Assembly: GCF_006345805.1 (NCBI RefSeq)
Contig: NC_043003.1
Span: forward strand, 53,568,001-53,632,000
Direction of reading: 5' to 3'
DNA: 64,000 nt
Origin: Octopus sinensis
Lineage: Eukaryota
Shown here: positions 13,181-24,574 of the stretch, in pieces
Layout: the number at the start of each line of letters is the position of its first letter
Numbering within the stretch: the stretch's first letter is position 1
Made by a program: the position numbers and the translations under genes
The notes under the pieces: model-generated
The model's input: the letters and a program-made list of their open reading frames with translations, nothing else
Database searches by the model: none
Told to the model about the DNA's origin: nothing

Positions 13181-13870
13181 CAAACATAAAACTGATCGCC
13201 AAAGCAGTCGAACACGGACCAACAACTGAATTACTACCTCCTGCTTTGAAGCATTTGTAATCCAGGAACAGGAAATATCAACCAAATACTGATGCACAAA
13301 AGGGACTGATGTGCAGGAAAAGCAGTAAAATGTGACAACCAATGCAGACTCTAGAGTTAATGCTGAAGATATCACCCACACCATAAGCAGTTGTCCAAAA
13401 AATGTCATCACAGTATTATCTACTGATGAGACATGATGTAGCTTAGACACGGTATAACAAGAAAGGATAACCCTGAGGACAAAGAAATGAGAACCCACAG
13501 TATGGTGGAAGCTGTAGCCACTCGTAATAAAAAGGAGTACTGATAAAATGCCCCAGTGAAAACCTGAATAAAATGTAAACACAACAGACCAGATATAATG
13601 GTTTGGGATAGAGAAGAGAAACTGTGTACAGTTGTGGAAATCAACTGCCCGGCAGATGTTAACATAAAGCTGAAGATCACTGAAAAAGAGAATACCTATG
13701 TTGAACTATTGAGAAATCAGAAGTTACACTATATCCAGATTACAAGTTCAGGTTTATAGCTGTAATTATTGGGGCACCAGGAAATGTAATACACTGCCTA
13801 AATACCAATCTTGAGAAATTATGCTTCTCAAAAGCTGATTCAAAGACTACAGATCCAATCCATACAAACA
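13181..13870 (+). mobile_element. R2-superfamily (R4/Dong/NeSL-type) non-LTR retrotransposon fossil: zinc knuckle and restriction-like endonuclease
   Basis: With frameshifts: FEAFVIQEQEISTKY; CRL..RVNAEDITHTISSCPK (CCHC knuckle); HNRPDIMVWDREEKLCTVVEINCPADVNIKLKITEKENTY (PD..E REL motif); YPDYKFRFIAVIIGAPG. Confidence 0.85.
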
Positions 13871-14466
13871 TACAAATTTGCATGCATACATACAAACAAA
13901 CCCTGTTGTTGATGTTGAAATTCCAATAAAGGAGCTTTGGATCTAAGTTAGAAACCAACTCTTTCTCTATAGGCAAGAAATCTTAAAATAAAACTGAATG
14001 ACATACATACATACATACACACACACACATACATATGTGAGCGTGCGTGTGTGTATGCGTGTGTGTGTGTGTGCATGCATGCATGCGTGCGTGTGTGTAA
14101 AGGAAACATCAATGATACTTTGTTCCATGCAGAATCTGCAGGAGCTACTTAAAGATTTTGTAATTTTCATCTTAAAGATTTTCATCTGATGGTAACTAAT
14201 ATTACCACAATGCTGGAAACCTTTCTCTATTATCTTCAACAGATATCTCAGGGTCACAAGCACTTTGACTATTAGCCTACATGCTTCACCTCAGAGGAGC
14301 AGTAAGGACTAAATTAGCCTTGCCAAAAGAAGGACACCATCTGTCATTACTTGTCAACCATAACCAACTTGAACTAATCACAGTAGCCATGGCCATTTCC
14401 TGAGTGCCTTTCTTCAGTTGTGGCTTGCCCCCTGGCCCACCTCCAACAGACAATGGGGATTATTTC

Positions 14467-14508
<42 letters not shown>

Positions 14509-14564
14509 TGATTTTATCCTTCATTATGCAATATCTATTTCTATCTCTTTTTCTCTCCCTTTTG

Positions 14565-14568
14565 CCTT

Positions 14569-14612
<44 letters not shown>
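14565..14612. repeat. (CT)n microsatellite
   Basis: Direct observation. Confidence 0.95.
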
Positions 14613-14613
<1 letters not shown>

Positions 14614-14904
14614 GTCCTTCCTTCTCTCACCAACTTTCCTCTTGGTGCTTTCTGTTTCTCTGCCCTCCACTATTTTCTCTTTCTCCTCCCACTACCACAT
14701 GATCCATGACCATTCTCATCTCTCCCTTCCATTTTCTTTTTCGCTTGACTGCTGACTCGAACAGTCGCATTTCTCTCACCTCCTCCACTTTCAACACGTG
14801 GGGGGGGGTGTTATTTTATGGTCTTCTTTTGCAGAATCACTAAACCAAGGAACTGTAAACAAATCAAAACTGGTTCTCAAGCAGTAATGGGGAACAAACA
14901 TACA

Positions 14905-14906
14905 GA

Positions 14907-14950
<44 letters not shown>

Positions 14951-14985
14951 ACACACACACACACACACCACACACACACACACGA
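14905..14985. repeat. (CA)n microsatellite inside a minus-strand family A SINE (14832-15030)
   Basis: Direct observation. Confidence 0.9.
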
Positions 14986-15507
14986 CGGGCTTCCACACAG
15001 TTTCTATCTATCTACCTTGTTAACCACACAGATATGCCTTGGAAGAAGTTCAGATTTCTCCACATTATCTTTAATTGATATCCTTATTAATCAATTAATT
15101 AGTTTAAATTGTTTATTTCTACACAAATGATCATGGTAATACTTTAATTGATAGACATTAAAATTGCAGTTTCATAACTAAACAATAAATTAATGAGAAC
15201 ATTTTTAATCATCATCATCATCATTTTAACATCCAATTTCCATGCTTGCATTGGTTGCACAATTTACTGAGGTGGGTTTTTCCACAGATGGGTGCTCTTC
15301 CTGTCATCAACACTCACCTGTTTCAAAGTAAGATAATACACATGAACAGACAATGTTTTCGTGGAAGATTGGAAATGAAGGCCAGTGATATTGCATGACA
15401 GTAATATTTATTTACAACAATCACATGAAGTCAAAGCAAGGAGACAATAACACACACATACTATTATGTATGTATATATATAGATAGATACATACATACA
15501 TACATAG

Positions 15508-15982
15508 ATGACAGCACTGCATGACTGGCATCTGTGCTAGTGGAGCGCTAAGAGCACCATCCAAGTGTGATCGTTGCCAAGGCCACTGACTGGCCACCGT
15601 GCCGGTGACATGTAAAAAGCACCATTCGACCGTGAGCATTACCAGTGTCACTTTACTGGCACTTGTGACGATGGCATGCGAAAAACAACATTCGAGTGAG
15701 GGCGATGCCAGTACCGCTGGACTGGCTCCTGTACAGGTGGCACATAAAAACATCATTTGAGCATGGCCGTTGCCAGTACCACCTGACTGGCCCTCGTGCT
15801 GCTGGCACGTAAAAGCACCCACAACACTCTCAGAGTGGTTGCGTTAGGAAGGGCATCCACCTGTAGAAACTCTGCCAGATCAGATTGGAGCCTGGTGCAG
15901 CCATCTGGCTCACCAGTCCCTAGTCAAACCGTCAAACTCATGCCAGCATGGAAAGCGGACGTTAAACAATGATGATGATGAT
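15508..15982 (+). mobile_element. RTE LINE 3'UTR with internal subrepeat array
   Basis: Repeated ggcacgtaaaa(a)gcacc units, ending ggacgttaaacaatgatg; shorter copies at 16055-16224 and 16400-16562. Confidence 0.85.
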
Positions 15983-16222
15983 AGATATTCCTTATCATTT
16001 AAAAATGTTTTCCCCCCTCTTATTTCAACTGCTTCCCCCTCTTACATTTATATTACACTTTCAGAGTGGTTAGCATTAGGAAGAGTATCCAGCCATAGAA
16101 AACCATGCCAAATCAGACTGGTGTCTGGTGCAGCCTTCCAGCTTAGCAGCCCTAGTCAAGCCATCCAACCCATGCCAGCATGGACAACAGATGTTATATG
16201 ATGATGATGATGATGATTATGA

Positions 16223-16272
<50 letters not shown>

Positions 16273-17708
16273 TCAAGAAGACTCACCCACCACATGAATT
16301 ATAAATGCTCCCCTCCCAGTTGAAAAGGTTTTTGTCTCAAAGACCTCTTGTGCTAGTCCATGTAAAACACACTCAAGCTAGTTCTACATAAAAACCAGCC
16401 AGAACTTTCTGTAATGTGGTTGACATTAAGAAGGGTATTTAGCTATAGAAACCAAGCCAAATTAGGCTGGAACTTGATGCAGCTCTCCAGTTTTCCAGCT
16501 CTGGTCAAACCATCCAACTCATGCCAGCATGAAAGCAGATATTAAATGATGATGATGATGATATATATATAGGAGTAGCTGACTGTATCTGACTGAAATA
16601 AATAGAAGAATAAAAAAGAAAGAATATATATACACACACACACACACAACAGGTTTCTTCCAGTGTCCATCTACCAAATTCACTCATGAGACTTTGGTCA
16701 GCCTGAGGCTCCAGTAGAAGACATTTGCCCAAGGTGTCATGCAGCTGGACTGAACCTGAGACCATGTGGTTGGGAAGCAAGTTTCTTACCATACAGTCAC
16801 ACCTGCACCTCACAGTCAACTACTTCCTCAATTTATATGAGAAAGTGATTATGTCTTTAATCCAGTTTTTTATCTAAATACTTTGGCATAAAAATCAAAC
16901 AATTAGGTTTAATCCTTCTTGATACATTTTGATTTAATTTGTATAAAATACAACAAACTAAGAAAATAAGAAATGAAACATAGAGAAAACTTAATAGTGA
17001 ATACGTCAGTATTATATTCCAGCATTTTAGATTGTTAATCTAAAAGTGATATACAAAATAAAAACAAAAAAAGAAAACATTCCAATTCTTTGATAATAGC
17101 ATAAAATGGTCAAGCATTTCCACCACCTTCCTTCCTGCTATCAAAGGTGTCAAGTAGGGGCAAGCAATTGAAGTCTAGAAGAGCAAGATAATTTGCTTTC
17201 AGAGATAAAGCATATCACAGATTACAATTACTATAAACTGTAATTATAATCTTCAGGAAAATCCTCTTCATAGTGTCTTAAGAATGAAAGTAAAATATCT
17301 CTTTAATTGTCAAGAAGTTAAAGTGCAGAAGTAAATACAATTAATTCATATGATTTCTGACAAATGAAAGGCTGAACAAATGAGAATTCTTTGTCATCAG
17401 TGTTCTTTCTCACGTGTTTCCTGGCAGCTGCTTTCATCATCATTGTCACTGTCCTCATTTTGCTATGCTTGTTTGGGTCACATGGAGTTTTCCTTAGATG
17501 GGTTTTCTACAGCTGTGTACTCTTCCTGTTGCCAACACACTTGTTTTCAAGCAGGGTGACCAGACATGTTTTTTTAGTTTTTCAAAATATTTAGAAACAA
17601 TTGACACAACAATTGACAGAGACACTCCTTTACAACTATCACGAAATATCAAAATATAAACAAGATAATTTAAAGCCAAAAACATAAAAAGACCTAATCA
17701 AATAGATA

Positions 17709-17974
17709 GGCATAGGAGTGGCTGTGTGGTAAGTAGCTTGCTTACCAACCACATGGTTTCGGGGTTCAGTCCCACTGCATGTCACCTTGGACAAGTGTCT
17801 TCTACTATAGCCTCGGGCCGACCAAATACTTATGAGTGGATTTGGCAGACGGAAACTGAAAGAAGCCCGTCGTATATATGTATATATATATATATATATG
17901 TGTGTATGTGTGTGTATATGTTTGTGTGTCTGTGTTTGTCCCCCTAACATCGCTTGACAACCGACGCTGGTGTT
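17709..17974 (+). mobile_element. SINE family A, 3'-truncated, left arm of an inverted pair
   Basis: Head at 17709; abuts a minus-strand copy at 17975. Confidence 0.9.
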
Positions 17975-18088
17975 ATAAGCCTAGTACTTATTCTATTGGT
18001 CTCTTTTGCCAAACCGCTAAGTTACGTAAACACACCAGCGTCGGTTGTCAAGCGATGTTGGGGGACAAACACAGACACACAAACATAT

Positions 18089-18147
<59 letters not shown>

Positions 18148-18316
18148 TATATACAACGGGCTTCTTTCAGTTTCCGTCTACCAAATCCACTCACAAGGCT
18201 TTGGTCGGCCTGAGACTATAGTAGAAGAAACTTGCCCAAGGTGCCATGCAGTGGGACTGAACCCGGAACCATATGGTTCATAAGCAAGCTACTTACCACA
18301 CAGCCACTCTTACACC
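17975..18316 (-). mobile_element. SINE family A, 3'-truncated, right arm of an inverted pair
   Basis: Reverse copy ending cagccactcttacacc. Confidence 0.9.
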
Positions 18317-18333
18317 TATAAAAAATGTAGGCT

Positions 18334-18408
18334 TTCCATTCGCATGGGACTCGACCCACACCTCTTTGTTTTCGCGACCAAGTGTGCTACCAATTACACT
18401 AGTGAGCC
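18334..18408 (-). pseudogene. tRNA-like sequence (pseudo-tRNA or orphan SINE head)
   Basis: ggctcacTAGTGTAATTGGtagcac...GGGTCGAGTCCC: A- and B-box-like motifs at tRNA spacing, but the acceptor stem does not pair. Confidence 0.5.
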
Positions 18409-18896
18409 TACCTACTTGATATTTTGTGAGAAAATATAAAATGAAACCTTCATTTTCAAAGATTTATTGTTTATACTAAAATATTGAAGTCTTACAATTT
18501 TGCATGAATAGTCAAACTATTCATGCAAAATTGTAAGACTCACATACCAACACACACACACACACACATACACACAGTAACATAATATGTGCATATAAAA
18601 AAATGAATATCGCTTTTGCTTCAATGACATCTGGTTCTAGTTGCATAATGAACATAACTATACACTTGTTGTAGTTTTATGGAAATGGCTGGGCAAGCAT
18701 TCCACAAATACTTGTACTTTTAATATAACTGTCAGGCAGACTCAGTATGACATATCTGACAAGATTGGGCCCTCAAACAGGCAGTCCAGAAAAATTACCT
18801 TCATAGGACTAGTTCTGTTACTTCTGGAGAGGATTCATCTGAGACTCTGAGATGAATCTTCTATACAAGAAATGTAGCTGTACCAGTCAGAGTCAC

Positions 18897-19279
18897 TTAT
18901 TTACTCTTTTACTGGTTTCAGTAATTTGACTGTGGCCATGCTGGAGCACCACCTTAAGTCGAGCAAATCGACCCCAGAACTTATTCTTTGTAAGCCTAGT
19001 ACTTATTCTATCGGGTTTTTTTTTGCCAAACCGGTAAGTTACGGTGATGTAAACACACCAGCATTGGTTGTCAAGCGATGGTGGGGTGTAAACACAGATG
19101 TACAAGTACATATATATACACAATGGGCTTCTATCAGTTTCCGTCTACCAAATCCACTCACAAGGCTTTGGTCAGCTCAAGGCTATGGTGGAAGACACTT
19201 ACTTATCCAAGGTGCCACACAGTGGGACTGAACCCAGAACCAAGTGGTTGGTAAGCAAGCTACTTACCACACAGCCACT
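18897..19279 (-). mobile_element. SINE family A, full length
   Basis: Sequence similarity to family A. Confidence 0.9.
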
Positions 19280-19350
19280 TAAACATCTACTCTGAAATCT
19301 CTGCTCTCTTCCACTATCAGCTCTAACACACTGTTACACAGACTACAATG

Positions 19351-19721
19351 GATGGTGTTGTGATAATGAGGCAGTCTGACCTCTTCAAAGGTCGAAACAC
19401 TTCCCTATTTTACCATAAATTGCCCTTAGTCTATATCCACCACAGCTCATATCCACCACCATATTGCAACTCATCTCCTCCACTCTCCTCTCTTCTACAG
19501 CAAACAACCTCATCATTTCTATACTACACTTCCTTCCTAAGATCCCTAAGTCCAACACTCTTAGTCACCCCATCATTTCTGCCAGTAACAGCCTCACTGA
19601 ACTTATCTCTAAATATCTCCACTAACTCTTCTCTCTCCTAGCAGCAGCCCTCTTATGATATACCCATGACACCAAACACACTTTCCATCTATTTGACTCC
19701 TTCTCCTACTTGCCTGGCCCC
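19351..19721 (+). mobile_element. Penelope-like element (PLE) reverse transcriptase fossil
   Basis: ...STANNLIISILHFLPKIPKSNTLSHPIISASNSLTELISKYLH*LFSLLAAALL*YTHDTKHTFHLFDSF matches the PLE RT pattern FYLLPKIHK..P.RPIVS....TE.IS..LD..L......YI.DT. Confidence 0.8.
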
Positions 19722-22700
19722 TTTTCAAGGAGGTATAAGTGATGATAGTTCTAGCTAGTGTCATGGATATATTGCAATGAATACACTCAGTTAAGAAGAC
19801 ATATTTAATATGTTGATAAAGGACACACACATCCAACAGCTTTCTACATGTACTTACTATCCTCCAAATTCTAGTTGCCCCAAAGCAATAGTAGAGTACC
19901 CAAAGTGTTGCACACTACATTCAAACACAGTACCACATAATTGCAAAACAAACTTGCAAACCATATGGTTATGCAGTACATATGAATTTCCGGTTTTTTT
20001 TCCAATAAAATCAAAAGCATTGCTATGTTTCAATGACGATTCTCAACAACTCAAATTGCAGAGAAGCAGGATGTTTTAACACTATACTATGTCAAGGAGA
20101 CTCACAATATTTAAATTGTGAAAAACATGTGAATATACTGTCATTACTAAATAAGGACAATATTCTATCAACACTTCTTCTAGAGAGTGAAAAATTATTC
20201 TCATATTTCAATCGTATTCTTAACTCCATATTTTTGACACATGTATGTATGTCTGTAATATATATATATATTTTAAATAGTCAAATTTTAAAATTACGAC
20301 CCAAAGTTTGAATTCGTACAAGGTCAAATGAGCTTTTTATACTATTAGCACCCTTAAAGTGACAAACTGTTAATTAACTGCAATAAGGAAATATGAAAAT
20401 TAAGTATATTAGTTACTGGTATGCTTGATTGTAATTAAGAGTTGGCATGTGGTCCATAACCAAAGTAACTGGTTAGAAATCATAAATTTGAATTCAGTAA
20501 TGAATGTATAATTTACTGTTTTTGTATTTAATTTGCAAGATTCATGAATTGAAACATGTTCAGTTGTGTCTTGGCAGAGTCATTATATCAGCAATAAACA
20601 CATGCACTGGCTCTGTTTCACATCTTTTATTATTATTAGTTAATTGAAGCTGGCAGGGTCGTTAGCACATCGAGTGAAATGTTTAGTGGCATTTCATCCA
20701 TCTTAACGTTCTGAGTTCAAATTCCATCGAGGTTGACTTTGTCTTTCATCCTTTCTGGGTTCAATAAAATAAGCACCAATTGAGCACTGGGGTCAATGAA
20801 ATCAACTCACCCCTCCTCTGAAATTGCTGGCCTTGTGCCAAAATTTGAAATCATTATTATTAGTCAATTGGTTAAACCATTTAACCAATTACCTACTCAA
20901 CTGCTTGATTAATCAAGCTAGACTAATCGACTAGGTTAGTCAAAGTCCTTTCATTGTTATTCATGATCTCGTTGATTGGTTGAAATTACTCAAATATGAC
21001 AACTTTAACACAAAATAACTTCTGAAATACCAAATTTTGACAAAAATGTTCAAAGTAGACCATGTTCTGTGTGAGACATTCCATCAAAGTTTCAAACTGT
21101 TTAGTTAAAAAAAATTACTTTAAAAATCTGTGAGCCAAACTGAAAAGATACTTATTGGTTACAGGTCAAGGCCAACTAGAAAACTTGTAACCATTTGCTC
21201 ATAGCTCATTTTCCTCATTCAGGAATATAGGCCATGGCACACCCAATATCTAGGTAATATGCTGAGCCTAAAATTAAGAATCACTGTTGCTCTCAGACTG
21301 AGAGCCACAATATGTGAGCCAACTTAACATTGTAATGCACAAATTGACACAATAGCTTATTATGGTTATCTTGTTGCCTCAAATGAGAATATTTTCACAC
21401 CTTGCTGGGGTTAATTGTTTCAACTTTGAACTTTATTTCTGAACTTAGGACTAAAATAATCAAAGTAATCAGAGAGACAGGAGAGTAATTGGCTCCAGGA
21501 GAGGATCTCCATTGCCATAATGAAAGATAACCCAACATGCATAGTACCCTGAACGGTGACTTGTAACTAAGAATGGCACTAGATATTCAGCACCCTACAC
21601 AAGCCCTAAAATATGTGTCCCTTCTCCAATATTTTTAACAACTTACAGCCATCACAAGCTGGAAAATGCAACTGAAAAATTTTAATCAAAGTTTGAACAA
21701 GAAATTTATAATTTTATAATCAAGCATATCACCAAGTAGGTCTGGCATAACTTGAAGCATTCCATGCCAGGCAAGCCATAATATCAAATGAACATTTCAG
21801 CTCCTTCTCCCCACTTTACCCCTTTCCTTCATCCTCCTCTGTCCTGGGAGTGACCTCATTGACTCTCTTTATATCTAGGTTTATGTGTTTTCAGTCTGAT
21901 TGAAAAATTATATCAAACTTGTTCGGTATTTTTCTGGCACCAGCAGATTTTATCACCCTAGGCAATTGCCTTGTTTTTCTAGTGAGTATCACTGACCCTA
22001 TTTGTCTCAGTAATGATTTTCTTTTAATGGATGCTATAACAAGCTCAGAGACCAAGAAGAAAAGATTTCAAAGCCATACAAGTTTATATTATGAATCAGC
22101 TATTACATAAATGTTTGTATACTTGTGAGAGAGAAAAAAGACAGAACTGTTGACAGTTTGGGTACATCTAAATAACTTTAATCAAATACTATAAAAGGGC
22201 TAAGAACGGAAATGAGTACAAGCTAATATGTAAATGTAACGAAAAATGTAACATTAGAGATAATTCCATCCATCTTAATTTTGAATTTGAAACATGGAAT
22301 ATTATTCATTTATTTCTGTTACTATAGCAGAAGACTAGATTTAGTGAAAATAAATTAGAAAGATATTGCGCAAGATAACACGCAAGGATAGTATTGCAGG
22401 CTATCCTTTTGTTTATTCAAAACAATGAACTTAAACAAAACCTCACACCTATAGAAACAATCCTGAATTCAGTTCTCAAGTAGTTGCTTTCCAACAACAA
22501 CCACTTCCATTTATCAACATCCTATCATTACTTTTCAATCCCGTTTCTCCCAATTCCAGGCAACGTTTAGTTTTTTCCTTCTTAGCAGATAAACAGAATC
22601 CACAACTAACAACATAAGACCCTCTAATGCTTTCAAATATGCTCCCAATTATGAGGCTTCATAGTTTTAGTTGAGCTGACAAAATATTGTAATACATGGA

Positions 22701-22930
22701 AATACTTCATCGAACTGGTTTAAATAGTAACATGGAGTAATAGCTGTTAACTCAAGATACAGTATTTAGATTACATTATCTTGACCAATTCCTGGTTATT
22801 GTTCATTTAATAATTCAGTATAGTAGATTCGCTTCTATTTCCTCCCAAATTCTATTTTGTGAACTTAAAAGTGCTTCAATTGCAACATGCCACATTTTCA
22901 TCAACATTTCATGTATTTATTTGAACAATT

Positions 22931-23085
22931 TGGCGTTAGGAAGGGCATCCAGCTGTAGAAACACTGCCAGATAAGACTGGAGCCTGGTGCAGCCTTCCGG
23001 CTTCCCAGATCCCCGGTCGAACCGTCCAACCCATGCTAGCATGGAGAACGGACGTTAAACGATGATGATGATGATGATGATGATG
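22931..23085 (+). mobile_element. Young RTE LINE 3' end
   Basis: CpGs intact; (GAT)n tail. Confidence 0.9.
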
Positions 23086-23610
23086 AATACAAAAGTATAT
23101 CAGCATGCTGAAGTACTCGTGGGATGCATACTTAATCTACTGGTAGTGTGCGAGAGTGGGAACCACCTGATATTGAAATTGTAAATAGTTCAACACTGAA
23201 GCATCCAGCCTACACTTTCAAAACAGGCATTTCACAATTATTTCTGGGTAAAATAGAAATTAATACAAATACATACAATTTTAAACATTTTAATGAATCT
23301 TGTAAATAGAATTATAAGCCTTCACCATATACTGACTATAGAAAATAGTCTAATATAAGAGCATACAAATTCTCTTTACAAAATTTTACTCCTCATTGTT
23401 TCCTAACTCATGCAGAATTCAGACATTTTAATTAATGTTTAGCCCTTTAGTATTTAAACAGGCCATATCAGGCCCAAATACTCTACCTGTTTTATATTCA
23501 AAATGGCCAGATCTGGCCTCTCACACCAACCCTACAATATCATTCTAAAAATTAAGTTACCCCATCAAAATTTCACAAGCACAAGATAATGCAAAACTAA
23601 TTCAAAACAT

Positions 23611-23872
23611 TTCTATATTTAAGAGATGAAGAATTGTGTACATTATTTACATTATTTACATTTGACAGATATTTGTCCTCATCTTGTTTGTTGTTAACAC
23701 AACGTTTCAGCTGATATACCCTCCAGCCTTCTTCAGGTGTCTTGGGGAAATTTTGAATCTGGGTTCTCATTCCTAAGGTATTTTTTTCAATGTTGTTATT
23801 CTTATTATTATTATTATCAATATTATTATTATTATTGTTATTGTTCAGGTCACTGCTTGGAATTGAACTTGG
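23611..23872 (-). mobile_element. Hammerhead-bearing tRNA-SINE, inverted 5'-truncated arm with complete 3' end
   Basis: Reverse complement of 23881-24121 plus extra 3' sequence (ttctatatttaagagatg...). Confidence 0.85.
23696..23741 (-). ncRNA. Minimal type I hammerhead ribozyme motif (PLE type)
   Basis: gacac CTGAAGA a ggctg-gagggtatat-cagct GAAA cgtt gtgtt: core boxes, 5-bp stem II, palindromic AACGTT stem III, stem I gacac/gtgtt. Confidence 0.65.
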
Positions 23873-23880
23873 TATCAAAC

Positions 23881-24121
23881 ACGGGCATATAGCATAGTGG
23901 TTAAGAGCACAGGCTACTAACCCCAAGATTCCGAGTTCAATACCAAGCAGTGACCTGAACAATAATAATAATAACATTGAAAAAAAAATACCTTAGGAAA
24001 TCAGAACCCAGGTTCAAAATTTCCTCAAGACACCTGAAGAAGGCTGGAGAGTATATCAGCCTAAACGTGTTAACAACAAACAAGATGAGGACAAATATCC
24101 GTTGAATGTAAATAATGTAAA
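23881..24121 (+). mobile_element. Hammerhead-bearing tRNA-SINE, direct arm with full tRNA head, 3'-truncated
   Basis: A box tagcatagtgg 23890-23900, B-box-like gagttcaatacc 23933-23944, (AAT)n, Penelope-type tail. Confidence 0.85.
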
Positions 24122-24574
24122 TAATTCAAAACATGTTAATAAATAAACATTACTTTCGACAGAATAATGTGAATGCTAATTATGTGTACCCCTTATTTAA
24201 TATGATATTTACATGTATAAAACAACTCAGAAGAAATTATAGTTACGTGAAATGAAGCAGAATCAATGTCAGTAGCTATTCATGCATCATAAGGCAATAA
24301 TAAACTGAAAACAATCTTGATAAACGGAAAAATATGCTAATGGAAACTAGAGCAACAACAGATAACAGCTGTCCATCTCCAAAAACAACCAACCCTTCAA
24401 ATCCACTCCTTGTATTTAGCAAAGATATCCTGGTCTTGTCCCACCTATAATGGACTATTTGTTTAATCTAGCTTTAATCTGAAGTAACAGAAGACAATAA
24501 GGGAAATATGGGTGTGATACAAAATTAAAACTTAATAGTGGCTAATAAGCTCTTTAGAATTCCAGATGTTTATT

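Larger units (their letters stand above)
23443..24179. mobile_element. piggyBac-type MITE (family F) interrupted by the hammerhead-SINE palindrome
   Basis: Both halves match the uninterrupted copy at 31396-31577. Confidence 0.75.

Noticed and set aside
14290-14460. Possible PLE GIY-YIG endonuclease remnant
   Set aside because: Only a faint resemblance (HL...NQ..L.VA.HF) across frameshifts; insufficient.
19378-19402. gacct-cttcaa-aggtc-GAAAC hammerhead-like stem II
   Set aside because: No CUGANGA core upstream, and it lies inside PLE RT coding sequence.
21730-22060. Possible LINE ORF1/endonuclease start (LAWNASS) on the minus strand
   Set aside because: Multiple stops and no further endonuclease motifs; not supportable.
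23881-23950. Functional tRNA genes at SINE heads (also 7548, 52160, 53702)
   Set aside because: A/B boxes are present but acceptor stems are not formed, and each continues into a SINE body.
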